Shown in pieces: positions 15,815 to 25,044 of a stretch of DNA of 28,728 nucleotides; position 1 is the stretch's first letter; every line of letters starts with the position of its first letter. Position numbers and translations under genes: made by a program. The DNA comes from Nanobdellota archaeon (GTDB taxonomy: Archaea > Nanobdellota > Nanobdellia > Pacearchaeales > GW2011-AR1). The stretch lies in contig JAYENS010000047.1 in assembly GCA_034722215.1 (NCBI GenBank), positions 1-28,728 on the forward strand, given 5' to 3'. Under the pieces are notes generated by a model, which did not search any database, was not told the origin of the DNA, and saw only the letters and a program-made list of their open reading frames with translations.

Positions 15815-16621
15815 TTATCTAACTGCTTTCATTTCCTTCCAAGCCAATTCAAACATTTGTTCTAATGCTTGAGAAAAGAACTCAGTATTAATCCAAACAC
15901 CAACATCATAGTTAGGATGAAACTTATCATCATCAAGAAGCATAAACATTAATTGATTAGAATCAATAATAATAAACCGAGCTTTTATATTTGACATATT
16001 TTTAACTTCAGCAACTTTTTTTAATTCTCTTGCAACTGTAATATTATTTTTATCAATTGGAGCAGCAATTCTAACTTTAACTCCTCTTCTCTTAATTTTT
16101 TCTAGAGAAGGCATTAAGGCTTCAATTTTTCGATTCAAACCTTCACTTGTTGTAATAATTGTAACTGTTTTTTCAGCATCTCTTACCATCATATCTAAAT
16201 GATTGTAAAGATTTTGTCTCCCTTTTAAACTTCCAGAAAGATCAGAAGGTTCAACAAATTTAATTCCTTTAGTAAATAATCCTGTTAATTCTGTAAGAAC
16301 TTCATCACCTTTCAAAGTTTCAAGTCTTTTTGATTTATTTTTAGCTTCAACCATTAAATTTTTTTTAACTCTTTCAACAACTTCTTCTGGTTTCAAAGCA
16401 ACAAATTTAATTGGTTTACCAATTTTCATAATAATAAAACCTTTTTTTTCTAAAGATTCAAGAATATCATAAGTTCTAGATCTAGGGACATCAGAGATAG
16501 TTGATAGTTCACCAGCAGTAGAAGTACCTCTTGACAGCAACGCTGTCCAAACTTTTACTTCATAAAGATTAAGATCGAATATCTTTCTTAATCTACTCAA
16601 AAATTCATCTTTAACTATCAT
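15815..16621 (-). CDS. TrmB-family transcriptional regulator or chromatin protein
   Basis: LNLYEVKVWTALL...VPRSRTYDILESLEKKGF wHTH plus C-terminal domain; 268 aa. Confidence 0.92.
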   Translation of the reverse strand: MIVKDEFLSRLRKIFDLNLYEVKVWTALLSRGTSTAGELSTISDVPRSRTYDILESLEKKGFIIMKIGKPIKFVALKPEEVVERVKKNLMVEAKNKSKRLETLKGDEVLTELTGLFTKGIKFVEPSDLSGSLKGRQNLYNHLDMMVRDAEKTVTIITTSEGLNRKIEALMPSLEKIKRRGVKVRIAAPIDKNNITVARELKKVAEVKNMSNIKARFIIIDSNQLMFMLLDDDKFHPNYDVGVWINTEFFSQALEQMFELAWKEMKAVR

Positions 16622-16668
16622 TTTATGATTTATTGAAGTATTTTTAGTTTTTAAAGATTGCTATCCTA

Positions 16669-16689
16669 GACTAGTAATCCTATCTAGTC
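16669..16689. promoter_or_regulatory. Inverted repeat GACTAG-N9-CTAGTC upstream of the trmB promoter
   Basis: Lies between the ileS stop and the TTTAAAAA box (minus strand, about 16648-16655) of the trmB gene. Confidence 0.35.
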
Positions 16690-16697
16690 ACTCCTAA

Positions 16698-19556
16698 TCA
16701 GTTTAACAACTCAATGTAAAGAGTTCCTTTATAATTTTTAATTTTGAACTCTTGAAAATTCTTTAAATCTTTTTTATCGTCGACAAATTTAATCTTAGTA
16801 GCATTAATTCTCTTTTTCAAATTTTTCAAATTAATTTCTAATTTTTTTCTTAAGTTTTCTTCACATTGAATAAAAAGTTCAATTTTGTTTTCTTTTTCAA
16901 GTCCAAGTTTTTTTCTAAAAGCTTGAACATTTCTTGACATTTCTCTCATAAACCCTTCTGCTTCTAATTCAGGAGTCATTTCCAAATCTAAATCAACATG
17001 TAAACCATTTCCTTTTTCGAATTTCAAAGTTTTAACATTTAGTTGTTGTTTTATTATTTCTAAAAGACCCAAATCTTCTACTAATTCAGGAGTATGAATT
17101 TTAGCACTTACTAAAGGCCATTTTAATCCGGTTTGGTTTATATCTCTTTTACGAAGCCCTTGTGAAACAATTTCTCTTACCAATTCCATTTGTTTAATTA
17201 ATTCTTTATTTTGTTTATTCTCCTCAACTGGAAATTCTTTCAAGTGAACTGATTTTTCTTTTCCATTCATATCTTTATAAATTTTTTCACAAGCAAAAGG
17301 AATAATTGGAGCTAAAATTTTTACCACTTTTTCCAAAACATATCTTAAAGTTTTTCTTGCATGAGAATCTTTTTCATTAAATCTTTCTCTTGAATTTCTA
17401 ACATACCACGTCGATAAATCATCAAGATACTTTTTAATAAAAGCACACGCTTTAATAGTATTATATTTTTCTAAATTTTCTTCAACAACTTCTCTTAATT
17501 GTTCTGTTCTAGAAATAATCCATTTATCCATTAAATTATCTGATTTTTTATAATCTAAATCACTTTCTTTTTTATGCATATTATAAAAATTTCCAACATT
17601 GTATAAAAGAATTAAAACTTTTTTATAAATTTCTTCTACACCTTTTTCAGAAAAATTAAAATTATCTGCATTCATAACAGATGATTGTAATAAATAAAAT
17701 CTTAAGGAGTCTGCTCCATATTTTTCAACAATTTTTAGAGGATCAGAAAAATTCTTTTTTGATTTACTCATCTTTTGACCGTCTTCTGCTAAAATGGTTC
17801 CAGTAGTTAAGACATTTTCAAAAGGTATTTTATCAAAAAGAATTGCAGATAAAGTCATCATATAATAAAACCAAGTTCTTGTTTGAGCAATATATTCTAC
17901 TACAAATTGTGCTGGAAAATGTTTGTCGAAAAATTCTTTATTTTCAAAAGGATAATGAAATTGAGCAAAAGTCATTGATCCACTTTCAAACCAACAATCT
18001 AAAACTTCTGGAATTCTTGTATACTCTTCCCCATTAATTTCTAATTTGATTGAATCTAAAAAATCTTTATGCAAATCAATCTCCCCTTTTGGTAAATTTT
18101 TAGCTAGAGATTTTAATTCTTCAATTGAACCTAAAACTTTTATTTTTCCTGATTTTGATTTCCAAATTGGAATAGCTGTTGCCCAATACCTATTTCTTGT
18201 AATGTTCCAATCAGGAGCAGTAGAAATATTATATTTCATTCTACCTTCTTTTAAAAATTCAGGGATCCAATTTATTTTCATATTTAATTTTTGTAATTTT
18301 TCTTTTACTTTTTGAATGTTTACAAACCAAGCTGGTAGTGCACGATAAATTAATTTAGTATCACATCTATAACAAAAAGGATATTCATGTTCTATCTTTT
18401 GAGAAAGAATTCCTTTACCTGATTTTTTCAAATCAATTACAATTGCTTCGTTAATATCATGAACATATTTTCCGGAGTAATCAGTTACCTCTTTAGTAAA
18501 ATGCCCTGTATCATCAACTGGTTGAACCATTGGAATATTATATTTTCTACAAATAGCATTATCATCTTCTCCAAAAGCAGGAGCAGTGTGAACAATTCCT
18601 GTCCCTTCTTCAGCACTAACAAAATCTCCTAAAATAAATTTAAATGCATTTTTAGTATTTTTAAAGTAAGGGTAAAGAGGTTCATATTCAAGACCTTCCA
18701 ATTCTTTTCCTTTCATTTCTTTTATAATTTTATACTCTTCTTTTGATTTATAAAATTTAGAAATTAAATCTTTCGCCATAATATACACATTTCCATCTTT
18801 ATCTTTTACAAATGAATAAATTAAATTAGGATTAATAGCTAGTGCTAAATTTGACGGAAGAGTCCAAGGAGTTGTAGTCCATGCAATTGCATAAGTATTC
18901 TGCTCCAGAGGTATACCTTGAGCAATATTTGCTTTAATTTTAAATTTTACCACAACTGAAAGATCTTTGATTTTTTTGTAAGAATTATCCATACTAATTT
19001 CAGATTTTGCTAAAGGTGTTGAACACCGAGGACAATACATTAAAATTTTCTCTCCCTCATATAAATAATCTTTTTCATAAAGTTGTTTAAAAGCCCACCA
19101 AACAGATTCAATGTAATTAGTATCCATTGTTTTATAACCTCCTTCAAAATCTACCCATCTTCCAATTCTATCAATATATTTTTTCCATTCTTCAACATAT
19201 GTCAAGACATTATTTCTACAAGTATCATTGAATTTTTTCACTCCCATTTTTTCAATTTCATCTTTAGAATTAATTTTAAGTTCTTTTTCTACAATATTTT
19301 CTACAGGAAGACCATGGCAATCCCATCCCCAATTTCTTTTAACATACATTCCTTTCATTGTAAAATATCTTGGAAAAACATCTTTCAAAATAGAAGCCAA
19401 TAAATGCCCATAGTGAGGAAGCCCTGTTGCAAAAGGGGGTCCATCATAAAAAATATAAGGTTTTCCTTTTTTTGTTTTTTCTAAAGATTTTTCAAAAGTT
19501 TTATCTTTTTTCCAAAATTCAATTATTTCTTTTTCAATTTTATTAATATCTGTCAT
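16698..19556 (-). CDS. ileS: Isoleucine--tRNA ligase (archaeal/IleRS2 type)
   Basis: DGPPFATGLPHYGH, GWDCHGLPVE, WTTTPWTLPSN, GTGIVHTAPAFGEDD, DWNITRNRYW and KMSKS. Confidence 0.98.
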   Translation of the reverse strand: MTDINKIEKEIIEFWKKDKTFEKSLEKTKKGKPYIFYDGPPFATGLPHYGHLLASILKDVFPRYFTMKGMYVKRNWGWDCHGLPVENIVEKELKINSKDEIEKMGVKKFNDTCRNNVLTYVEEWKKYIDRIGRWVDFEGGYKTMDTNYIESVWWAFKQLYEKDYLYEGEKILMYCPRCSTPLAKSEISMDNSYKKIKDLSVVVKFKIKANIAQGIPLEQNTYAIAWTTTPWTLPSNLALAINPNLIYSFVKDKDGNVYIMAKDLISKFYKSKEEYKIIKEMKGKELEGLEYEPLYPYFKNTKNAFKFILGDFVSAEEGTGIVHTAPAFGEDDNAICRKYNIPMVQPVDDTGHFTKEVTDYSGKYVHDINEAIVIDLKKSGKGILSQKIEHEYPFCYRCDTKLIYRALPAWFVNIQKVKEKLQKLNMKINWIPEFLKEGRMKYNISTAPDWNITRNRYWATAIPIWKSKSGKIKVLGSIEELKSLAKNLPKGEIDLHKDFLDSIKLEINGEEYTRIPEVLDCWFESGSMTFAQFHYPFENKEFFDKHFPAQFVVEYIAQTRTWFYYMMTLSAILFDKIPFENVLTTGTILAEDGQKMSKSKKNFSDPLKIVEKYGADSLRFYLLQSSVMNADNFNFSEKGVEEIYKKVLILLYNVGNFYNMHKKESDLDYKKSDNLMDKWIISRTEQLREVVEENLEKYNTIKACAFIKKYLDDLSTWYVRNSRERFNEKDSHARKTLRYVLEKVVKILAPIIPFACEKIYKDMNGKEKSVHLKEFPVEENKQNKELIKQMELVREIVSQGLRKRDINQTGLKWPLVSAKIHTPELVEDLGLLEIIKQQLNVKTLKFEKGNGLHVDLDLEMTPELEAEGFMREMSRNVQAFRKKLGLEKENKIELFIQCEENLRKKLEINLKNLKKRINATKIKFVDDKKDLKNFQEFKIKNYKGTLYIELLN
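18901..18924. repeat. Imperfect palindrome inside ileS (encodes part of NIAQGIPLEQ)
   Basis: TGCTC(C)A(G)AGGTA|TACCTTGAGCA; perfect core AGGTATACCT at 18909-18918. Confidence 0.55.
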
Positions 19557-19593
19557 AATATGCTGTAGAAGAATAAGTTTTTAAGATTTTACT

Positions 19594-19854
19594 TTAGAAA
19601 ATTTTTTTAGTCATTGCTACAATCCATTTCCAATGAAGAATAAAATGAAGAATCACTAAAATAGCCATAGCTATTCCAGATAATTGGTGAATTTTAAACC
19701 AAACTTGTTTTGTGAGTCCTAAAAACAAAGCAACAAAACGCCCTGAATTTCCTAGTTTTGAAGCAATAAACATTACCAACCCGCTAGTAATTGTAAGAAG
19801 TCCAGAAAGAGTTAATAACAAATCTACAAAATAATTTACTTTTGCTTTTGCCAT
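19594..19854 (-). CDS. DUF4405-like small membrane protein (possible heme b binding)
   Basis: Two TM helices with W-x-x-IH...LHFILHWKW histidines; 86 aa. Confidence 0.8.
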   Translation of the reverse strand: MAKAKVNYFVDLLLTLSGLLTITSGLVMFIASKLGNSGRFVALFLGLTKQVWFKIHQLSGIAMAILVILHFILHWKWIVAMTKKIF

Positions 19855-19935
19855 AAATTAAATTAGAGGAATTAGTTTTTAATGTTTGTGCTGAATCTTA
19901 ACAATACTTAAATACTCTTAAAAGTTTATTTTTTT

Positions 19936-20127
19936 ATGATTCAAAGTTTATCTATTGAAAAGAAATTAACTCCAATTCAACTTAAAGAATTATATAGAGA
20001 ACTTTTAGATAATGCTTATTCAAGATTTTTTTTTAAACTTAATAATTTAGATTATACAAATCCAGATATGGATAAAGTAAGACAAATAACTTTTAAACAA
20101 TATTATGCAAGAATAACAGAAGCTTAA
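19936..20127 (+). CDS. Hypothetical protein
   Basis: 63-aa ORF with upstream TATA-like sequence; stop overlaps the dph5 stop by 4 nt. Confidence 0.6.
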   Translation: MIQSLSIEKKLTPIQLKELYRELLDNAYSRFFFKLNNLDYTNPDMDKVRQITFKQYYARITEA

Positions 20128-20849
20128 TCCTTCCTCTCAAAATATTCAACACTTTCTTTTTCCACAAAGTGCATTTTAGAAGGTAAAATAATACAATATG
20201 GTTTCTTAACTCCTGTAAATTCTTCAAGCTCTTCAACACCTCTATACAAAATTTTTTGATGCTTTGTTCCCATTGCTTGACAAATAACTAATTTATTCAA
20301 TTTAATTTTATTGTTTTCAGCAGAAATTTTTAATTGTTTCAAAGCTTCCCCCCATTCTAATCCAATATCTACTAAGATTAAAGAATGAGCTTCTTGGCTC
20401 AAATTTTGTTGAACAATTTTCATAAATGAATCAGGAGTAAAAGACTTTTTCCAAGTAGGCATTGATGCAACTTTTCCAAACTTATATAATTGTAAACCTG
20501 TTTCTGCAATAGCATCAAAAATAGAAGCATTGTGAATAATTTTACATTTTACCCTGCTTGCTTTACATTCATTAACAATTGTAATATGTGTAGTCGCTGT
20601 TAAAGGCGAACCATAAACTAAAAGTGCAATATCTAATTTTTTAGCCTCATCAATAATGCTCAAATTTTCTACATCTTCCCTATTTAAAGATTTAATTTTT
20701 TTATTAAAAACTTCTTCAAGATTATGAAGAGTATAAGGGAAATCCACAGTGTAACTTTCCAAATAAACTTTTTTACATTTAGAAAGAGCTTCAAGCCCTT
20801 CTTTAGTAATGCTTTTCTTGTTTAAACCTAATCCAATTATATATAACAT
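20124..20849 (-). CDS. dph5: Diphthine synthase
   Basis: MLYIIGLGL (ATG 20849 is likelier than 20870), VYLESYT, LVYGSPLTATTH, ETGLQLYKFGK and HSLILVDI. Confidence 0.95.
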   Translation of the reverse strand: MLYIIGLGLNKKSITKEGLEALSKCKKVYLESYTVDFPYTLHNLEEVFNKKIKSLNREDVENLSIIDEAKKLDIALLVYGSPLTATTHITIVNECKASRVKCKIIHNASIFDAIAETGLQLYKFGKVASMPTWKKSFTPDSFMKIVQQNLSQEAHSLILVDIGLEWGEALKQLKISAENNKIKLNKLVICQAMGTKHQKILYRGVEELEEFTGVKKPYCIILPSKMHFVEKESVEYFERKD

Positions 20850-20899
20850 AAAATCAAAAATATCAATCAATTTATAAATCCTTCACTATCTATTTTTTT

Positions 20900-21577
20900 A
20901 TGAAAAAATCACTTTTATCCTTATTAGGAATTTTTATGTTAACAACACCTTTATTAAATTCTTGTACAGATGAATGGATCCAAAAAACAGAAGATGGTTT
21001 CATAAAACAGGAAATTTCAAAAGGAAAAAATAATTGTACAAATAGATTTCTCAAGGAATTTGATAGCGCCCATATGTTTTATATAATTAAAGGAGATACT
21101 AATCTTCTTGTTAAAGATAAAACAAGTTATGTTTCAAAGTTAATTAGTTATTCTTTTGGAATGTCTTCTCCAGAATGGCAATCAAATCAGTTAGGGTGGC
21201 TTGTTGAAAAAAATGATTCAATTTTATTTACAGCAGATTCATTACATCTGGTTCATTATATAACTGACAATGGAAAACATGATTATAAAAAAATAGTAAG
21301 TTATTCATGCGAAGAACTTTCAGAAGGAATAGAAATACAAACAGAACTTTGGTCTAATAAGTATGCTCACTTTGCAAGATTAAAAGATAAGAAGTTTGGA
21401 AAAGATGTTTCTTCCAAAATTAAAGTGGAACATGAAATTCCTATTTTTGAAATAGTTAGAAAAGGTCATTTTTATTATGGGGGGAAAGAGTATGTTAACG
21501 ACGAAGGAGATACAATTCAAATTAAAGCACTAAAAGATCATTTTATTTATATAAAAAAAATTGATTCAATACAGTAA
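20900..21577 (+). CDS. Hypothetical secreted protein with a lipobox-like signal
   Basis: MKKSLLSLLGIFMLTTPLLNSC, Cys22 following a hydrophobic stretch. Confidence 0.75.
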   Translation: MKKSLLSLLGIFMLTTPLLNSCTDEWIQKTEDGFIKQEISKGKNNCTNRFLKEFDSAHMFYIIKGDTNLLVKDKTSYVSKLISYSFGMSSPEWQSNQLGWLVEKNDSILFTADSLHLVHYITDNGKHDYKKIVSYSCEELSEGIEIQTELWSNKYAHFARLKDKKFGKDVSSKIKVEHEIPIFEIVRKGHFYYGGKEYVNDEGDTIQIKALKDHFIYIKKIDSIQ

Positions 21578-21607
21578 TCTTAAAAACAACTTTTTCTTCT
21601 ATAAATT

Positions 21608-22504
21608 ATGAAACACAATAAGAGGATTACTATTATTATTCTTGCAATGTTTTTACTAACTCAATTTATTGGTTTAGGAATTGTGAATCACTATTCTCAA
21701 GAAAAAAATGTTTTGCCTTATGGAATGGATAATTCTGAATTACAAGATCAAACAGCCTCTAGTAATTTATTTTCAATTGTTTTTGCCTTTATTATTGCAA
21801 TATTTTTGGTATTTTTATTAATGAAAGTTAAAGCAAAATTTATTTTAAGAGCTTGGTTCTTTTTAGTCACTGTTTTAGCTTTAGGAATTTCCTTCACATC
21901 CTTTTTACCAGGAATAAAACAAGCTTCACTAATTGCAGCAGTTATAGCTTTACCAATAGCTTTATACAAGATTTATGGTAAAGGATTCATTGTACATAAT
22001 TTATCCGAATTATTAATTTATCCAGGAATTGCAGCAGTGTTTGTATCTTTACTAAATCTAATTGGAATAATTATTTTATTAGTAATTATTTCTCTTTATG
22101 ATGCTTGGGCTGTTTGGAAATCCAAAATAATGCAAAAAATGGCGAAGTTTCAAATGGATGAATTAAAAATCTTTTCGGGATTTTATCTTCCTTATGCTTC
22201 TAAAAAACAAAGAGCAAAGATTAAAAGATTAAGAAAAGCAAAAAAAGATTTGTCAAAATCAAAGATAAAGGTAAATGTAGCAATTCTTGGAGGAGGAGAT
22301 ATAATTTTTCCAATAATCACCTCTGGAATTGTTTTTAAAGTTTGGGGATTATGGTCTGCAATATTTGTAATTTTTGGAGCATTATTTGGATTAACTTATC
22401 TATTAATTTTTTCTGAAAAGAAAAAAGCTTATCCTGCAATGCCTTTCATAACAACTGGAATGTTTTTGATGATGTTAATTAGTTGGTTGATTTTTGTTCT
22501 TTAG
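21608..22504 (+). CDS. Presenilin/signal peptide peptidase-like intramembrane aspartic protease (A22 family)
   Basis: Polytopic; LYDAWAV (YD), LGGGDII (GxGD) and C-terminal PAMPF (PAL-like). Confidence 0.92.
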   Translation: MKHNKRITIIILAMFLLTQFIGLGIVNHYSQEKNVLPYGMDNSELQDQTASSNLFSIVFAFIIAIFLVFLLMKVKAKFILRAWFFLVTVLALGISFTSFLPGIKQASLIAAVIALPIALYKIYGKGFIVHNLSELLIYPGIAAVFVSLLNLIGIIILLVIISLYDAWAVWKSKIMQKMAKFQMDELKIFSGFYLPYASKKQRAKIKRLRKAKKDLSKSKIKVNVAILGGGDIIFPIITSGIVFKVWGLWSAIFVIFGALFGLTYLLIFSEKKKAYPAMPFITTGMFLMMLISWLIFVL

Positions 22505-22814
22505 AATTATTTGTCCAACGACTATAATTTTTAATTAATTTTTGTAAATATCCTTTATTATACGCTTGAAATCCCATGTTTTGTGTTAAAGGAAAAGTGG
22601 TGGGAGTTTCTTCATTCCAAACAGGCTTAAATTCCCATTCACCAGGTTTATTAATAGGAATATTTTCGAATACAATTGAGGGTTTAAGATAAACTATTCC
22701 ATCTTCTATTTTTATAAAAATACCCTGAAAAGTTCTATTACCATCACTAGCAATAACTTCTTCTCCTTCATAAATTGAGGAATATTCTTTTAATTTATTT
22801 GTAATGTGGTTCAT
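22479..22814 (-). CDS. Hypothetical protein
   Basis: ATG 22814 (MNHITNKL) lies about 25 nt from a TATA box at 22836-22844; no family recognised. Confidence 0.7.
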   Translation of the reverse strand: MNHITNKLKEYSSIYEGEEVIASDGNRTFQGIFIKIEDGIVYLKPSIVFENIPINKPGEWEFKPVWNEETPTTFPLTQNMGFQAYNKGYLQKLIKNYSRWTNNSKEQKSTN

Positions 22815-22917
22815 AAAAATAAAACATTTAAATCTTTTATAAAACTTTCTATTTGTAATCATTCTTTAGATACAACATTATAGAAACATTTATAAACTAT
22901 TATTATTTAGTGATAAC

Positions 22918-23691
22918 ATGTTAGTAAAAGAAGAATTAATCGGAAAAATTAGAGACTACTTTAATTTGAATATTTATGAAACAAAAGTATGGTTAGCCTT
23001 GCTTAGCAAAGGAGCTGCTTCAGCAAGTGAAATTGCTTCAATGTCAGGAGTTCCAAGATCAAGAACCTATGATGTTTTAGAATCTTTAGAAAAAAAAGGT
23101 TTTGCAATTGTAAAATTAGGAAAACCAGTAAAATATTTAGGTGTTAAACCAAAAATAGTTCTTGAAAAATTAAAGAATAATGTTAGAAATTATGCAGAAG
23201 AAAAAGTAAAATCTCTTGCTAATTTAACAGGAACAAACGAATTTCATCAATTAGAAGAACTTTACAATGTAGGAATTCATCCTGTAAAAAGAGAGGATTT
23301 ATCTGCTTCAATTAAAGGAAGATCAACTGTTTCAAATTATTTAAAAGAAATTATTAATTCTGCTGAAAAAGAAGTTATTGTTTTTATGAGTGCAGATGAA
23401 ATGATATTAAAAGAAAGATTATTTATTGATACTTTTCAATCTTTAACAAAGAAAGGAGTTAAAGTAAGAGTAGCTCTTTCAGGTAAAAAAGAATTAGTTG
23501 AAAAATTATCTAAATCAATTAAAGTTCCAACAAAATATATTGAAATTTCAGCTAAATTCTTTATTATAGATAGATCAGAAGTTTTGTTTTATCTTTCTGA
23601 AAATTCTTCAAAAGACGATCAAGCTATTTGGTTAAATTCAAATTTCTTTTCAGAAGCTTTTGCACAACTTTTTGATATTGCAGTAAAATAA
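22918..23691 (+). CDS. Second TrmB-family protein
   Basis: LNIYETKVWLALL...VPRSRTYDVLESLEKKGF; 257 aa; clear paralog of 15815-16621. Confidence 0.92.
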   Translation: MLVKEELIGKIRDYFNLNIYETKVWLALLSKGAASASEIASMSGVPRSRTYDVLESLEKKGFAIVKLGKPVKYLGVKPKIVLEKLKNNVRNYAEEKVKSLANLTGTNEFHQLEELYNVGIHPVKREDLSASIKGRSTVSNYLKEIINSAEKEVIVFMSADEMILKERLFIDTFQSLTKKGVKVRVALSGKKELVEKLSKSIKVPTKYIEISAKFFIIDRSEVLFYLSENSSKDDQAIWLNSNFFSEAFAQLFDIAVK

Positions 23692-24963
23692 TTAATAAGA
23701 AATTAGTTTCAATTTATTAATATTCATTTCTTTAATCTTTTTCTTATTCTTTTTTTTCCATTTTAAGAAAAATTCTTTTGGAAAAATATTTAAATTCTTT
23801 TCATAACAATATTTTCCTTTTTCAATAAAAACTTTTTTATGTTTTAATTTGAATTTTTCTACATTTTTTAAATCCTTTTCAGAAGGTCCTGAACAAATAA
23901 TTTTCTTTTTAGAAGTTAAAACAAATACATTAATTCCTTTTTTCTCGTCAATATATTCAAATCCAAAATCTTTAATTTCAAAATATTCTTTTAATTCATA
24001 AGAAAAATGTCTAAAGAATTTTAACAATTTTGTTCCTGCAATATCTCCTTTTTGCTTTTTAGTTTTAGTTTCAAAAACTAATATATTTTTTGAATTTTTA
24101 ATTATATTAATAACATCAAATTTTTTCTTGATAAAAAATTCTTCACAAGGTTTTTTTAAAAAATCTTTTGCATCTTGTTTAAATTTTTCAAAAGTTGCTT
24201 CTGATAAAGCAGCAAGAACGTTTCTAGATTTAAAAGTTGGATCAATTAAAATAATTGGAGAATCTAATTTTGAACTATTAAGATCTAATAAAATATCTTT
24301 TTTATTTTTATAATATTTTTCATCATCAATTATTAATTTATTTTTAGATTTTGAAAGGACTTCCAACATTTTTAAAAAACTTTTATAATGATAAATTAAT
24401 AATTCCAAAGCATAACCTGAAAATCCGTGAACATAGCTTTCAGCACCATAAGTTTTATTTGCATAAGTAAAAGCTTTTGCTAATTTTATTTCATCAAGAA
24501 TATTTTTATTTTTAATTTTTTTATTTATATATTTTACATGGGAATAACTAAAATCAGTGATGTTTATAGCATCTTTAATTTTTGTGATTTTTCTAACAGG
24601 AACAACTTCTATACAAAGCCAATGATTAATTTTAACCATATAATATTCTCTAGAACCTTTTATTTTTTTAACATTTTTAAATCCTTTCAAAAGTTTTTTA
24701 GTCAATTTGGATAAATCTTCATTTTTATATTTTTTATTAAATCTTAAAAATAAGTCAATATCATAATTTTTTTTATTTATCAAGGTTTTTTTTGCAAAGC
24801 TTCCTCCTAAAAAAGGATCTACAACTAAATCTAATTTATCAATTCTCTTCTTTAATTTTTTTAGGAAATTTTCAGATACTCTTTCCATTAGATTTAATTT
24901 TTCTTTTTCTATATCAACATTTTTTAGAATTTTTTTTAAAATTTCTTCATGTTTTTTTGTCAT
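23692..24963 (-). CDS. cca: CCA-adding enzyme (archaeal class I)
   Basis: GGSFAKKTLI...YDIDLF, GSREYY, YGAESYVHGFSGYALELLI and LIDPTFKSRNVLAALS. Confidence 0.95.
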   Translation of the reverse strand: MTKKHEEILKKILKNVDIEKEKLNLMERVSENFLKKLKKRIDKLDLVVDPFLGGSFAKKTLINKKNYDIDLFLRFNKKYKNEDLSKLTKKLLKGFKNVKKIKGSREYYMVKINHWLCIEVVPVRKITKIKDAINITDFSYSHVKYINKKIKNKNILDEIKLAKAFTYANKTYGAESYVHGFSGYALELLIYHYKSFLKMLEVLSKSKNKLIIDDEKYYKNKKDILLDLNSSKLDSPIILIDPTFKSRNVLAALSEATFEKFKQDAKDFLKKPCEEFFIKKKFDVINIIKNSKNILVFETKTKKQKGDIAGTKLLKFFRHFSYELKEYFEIKDFGFEYIDEKKGINVFVLTSKKKIICSGPSEKDLKNVEKFKLKHKKVFIEKGKYCYEKNLNIFPKEFFLKWKKKNKKKIKEMNINKLKLISY

Positions 24964-25044
24964 ATTTCTATTTGTTAAAACTCATTTATATTATTTGCCA
25001 TGAGAATGTTTATAAAGATTTTTCCCCATATATAAATTATAAAA

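Noticed and set aside
22898-22915. TATTAT-N6-GTGATA resembling the Thermococcales TGM operator upstream of the second trmB
   Set aside because: Wrong spacing, two mismatches and an AT-rich background.
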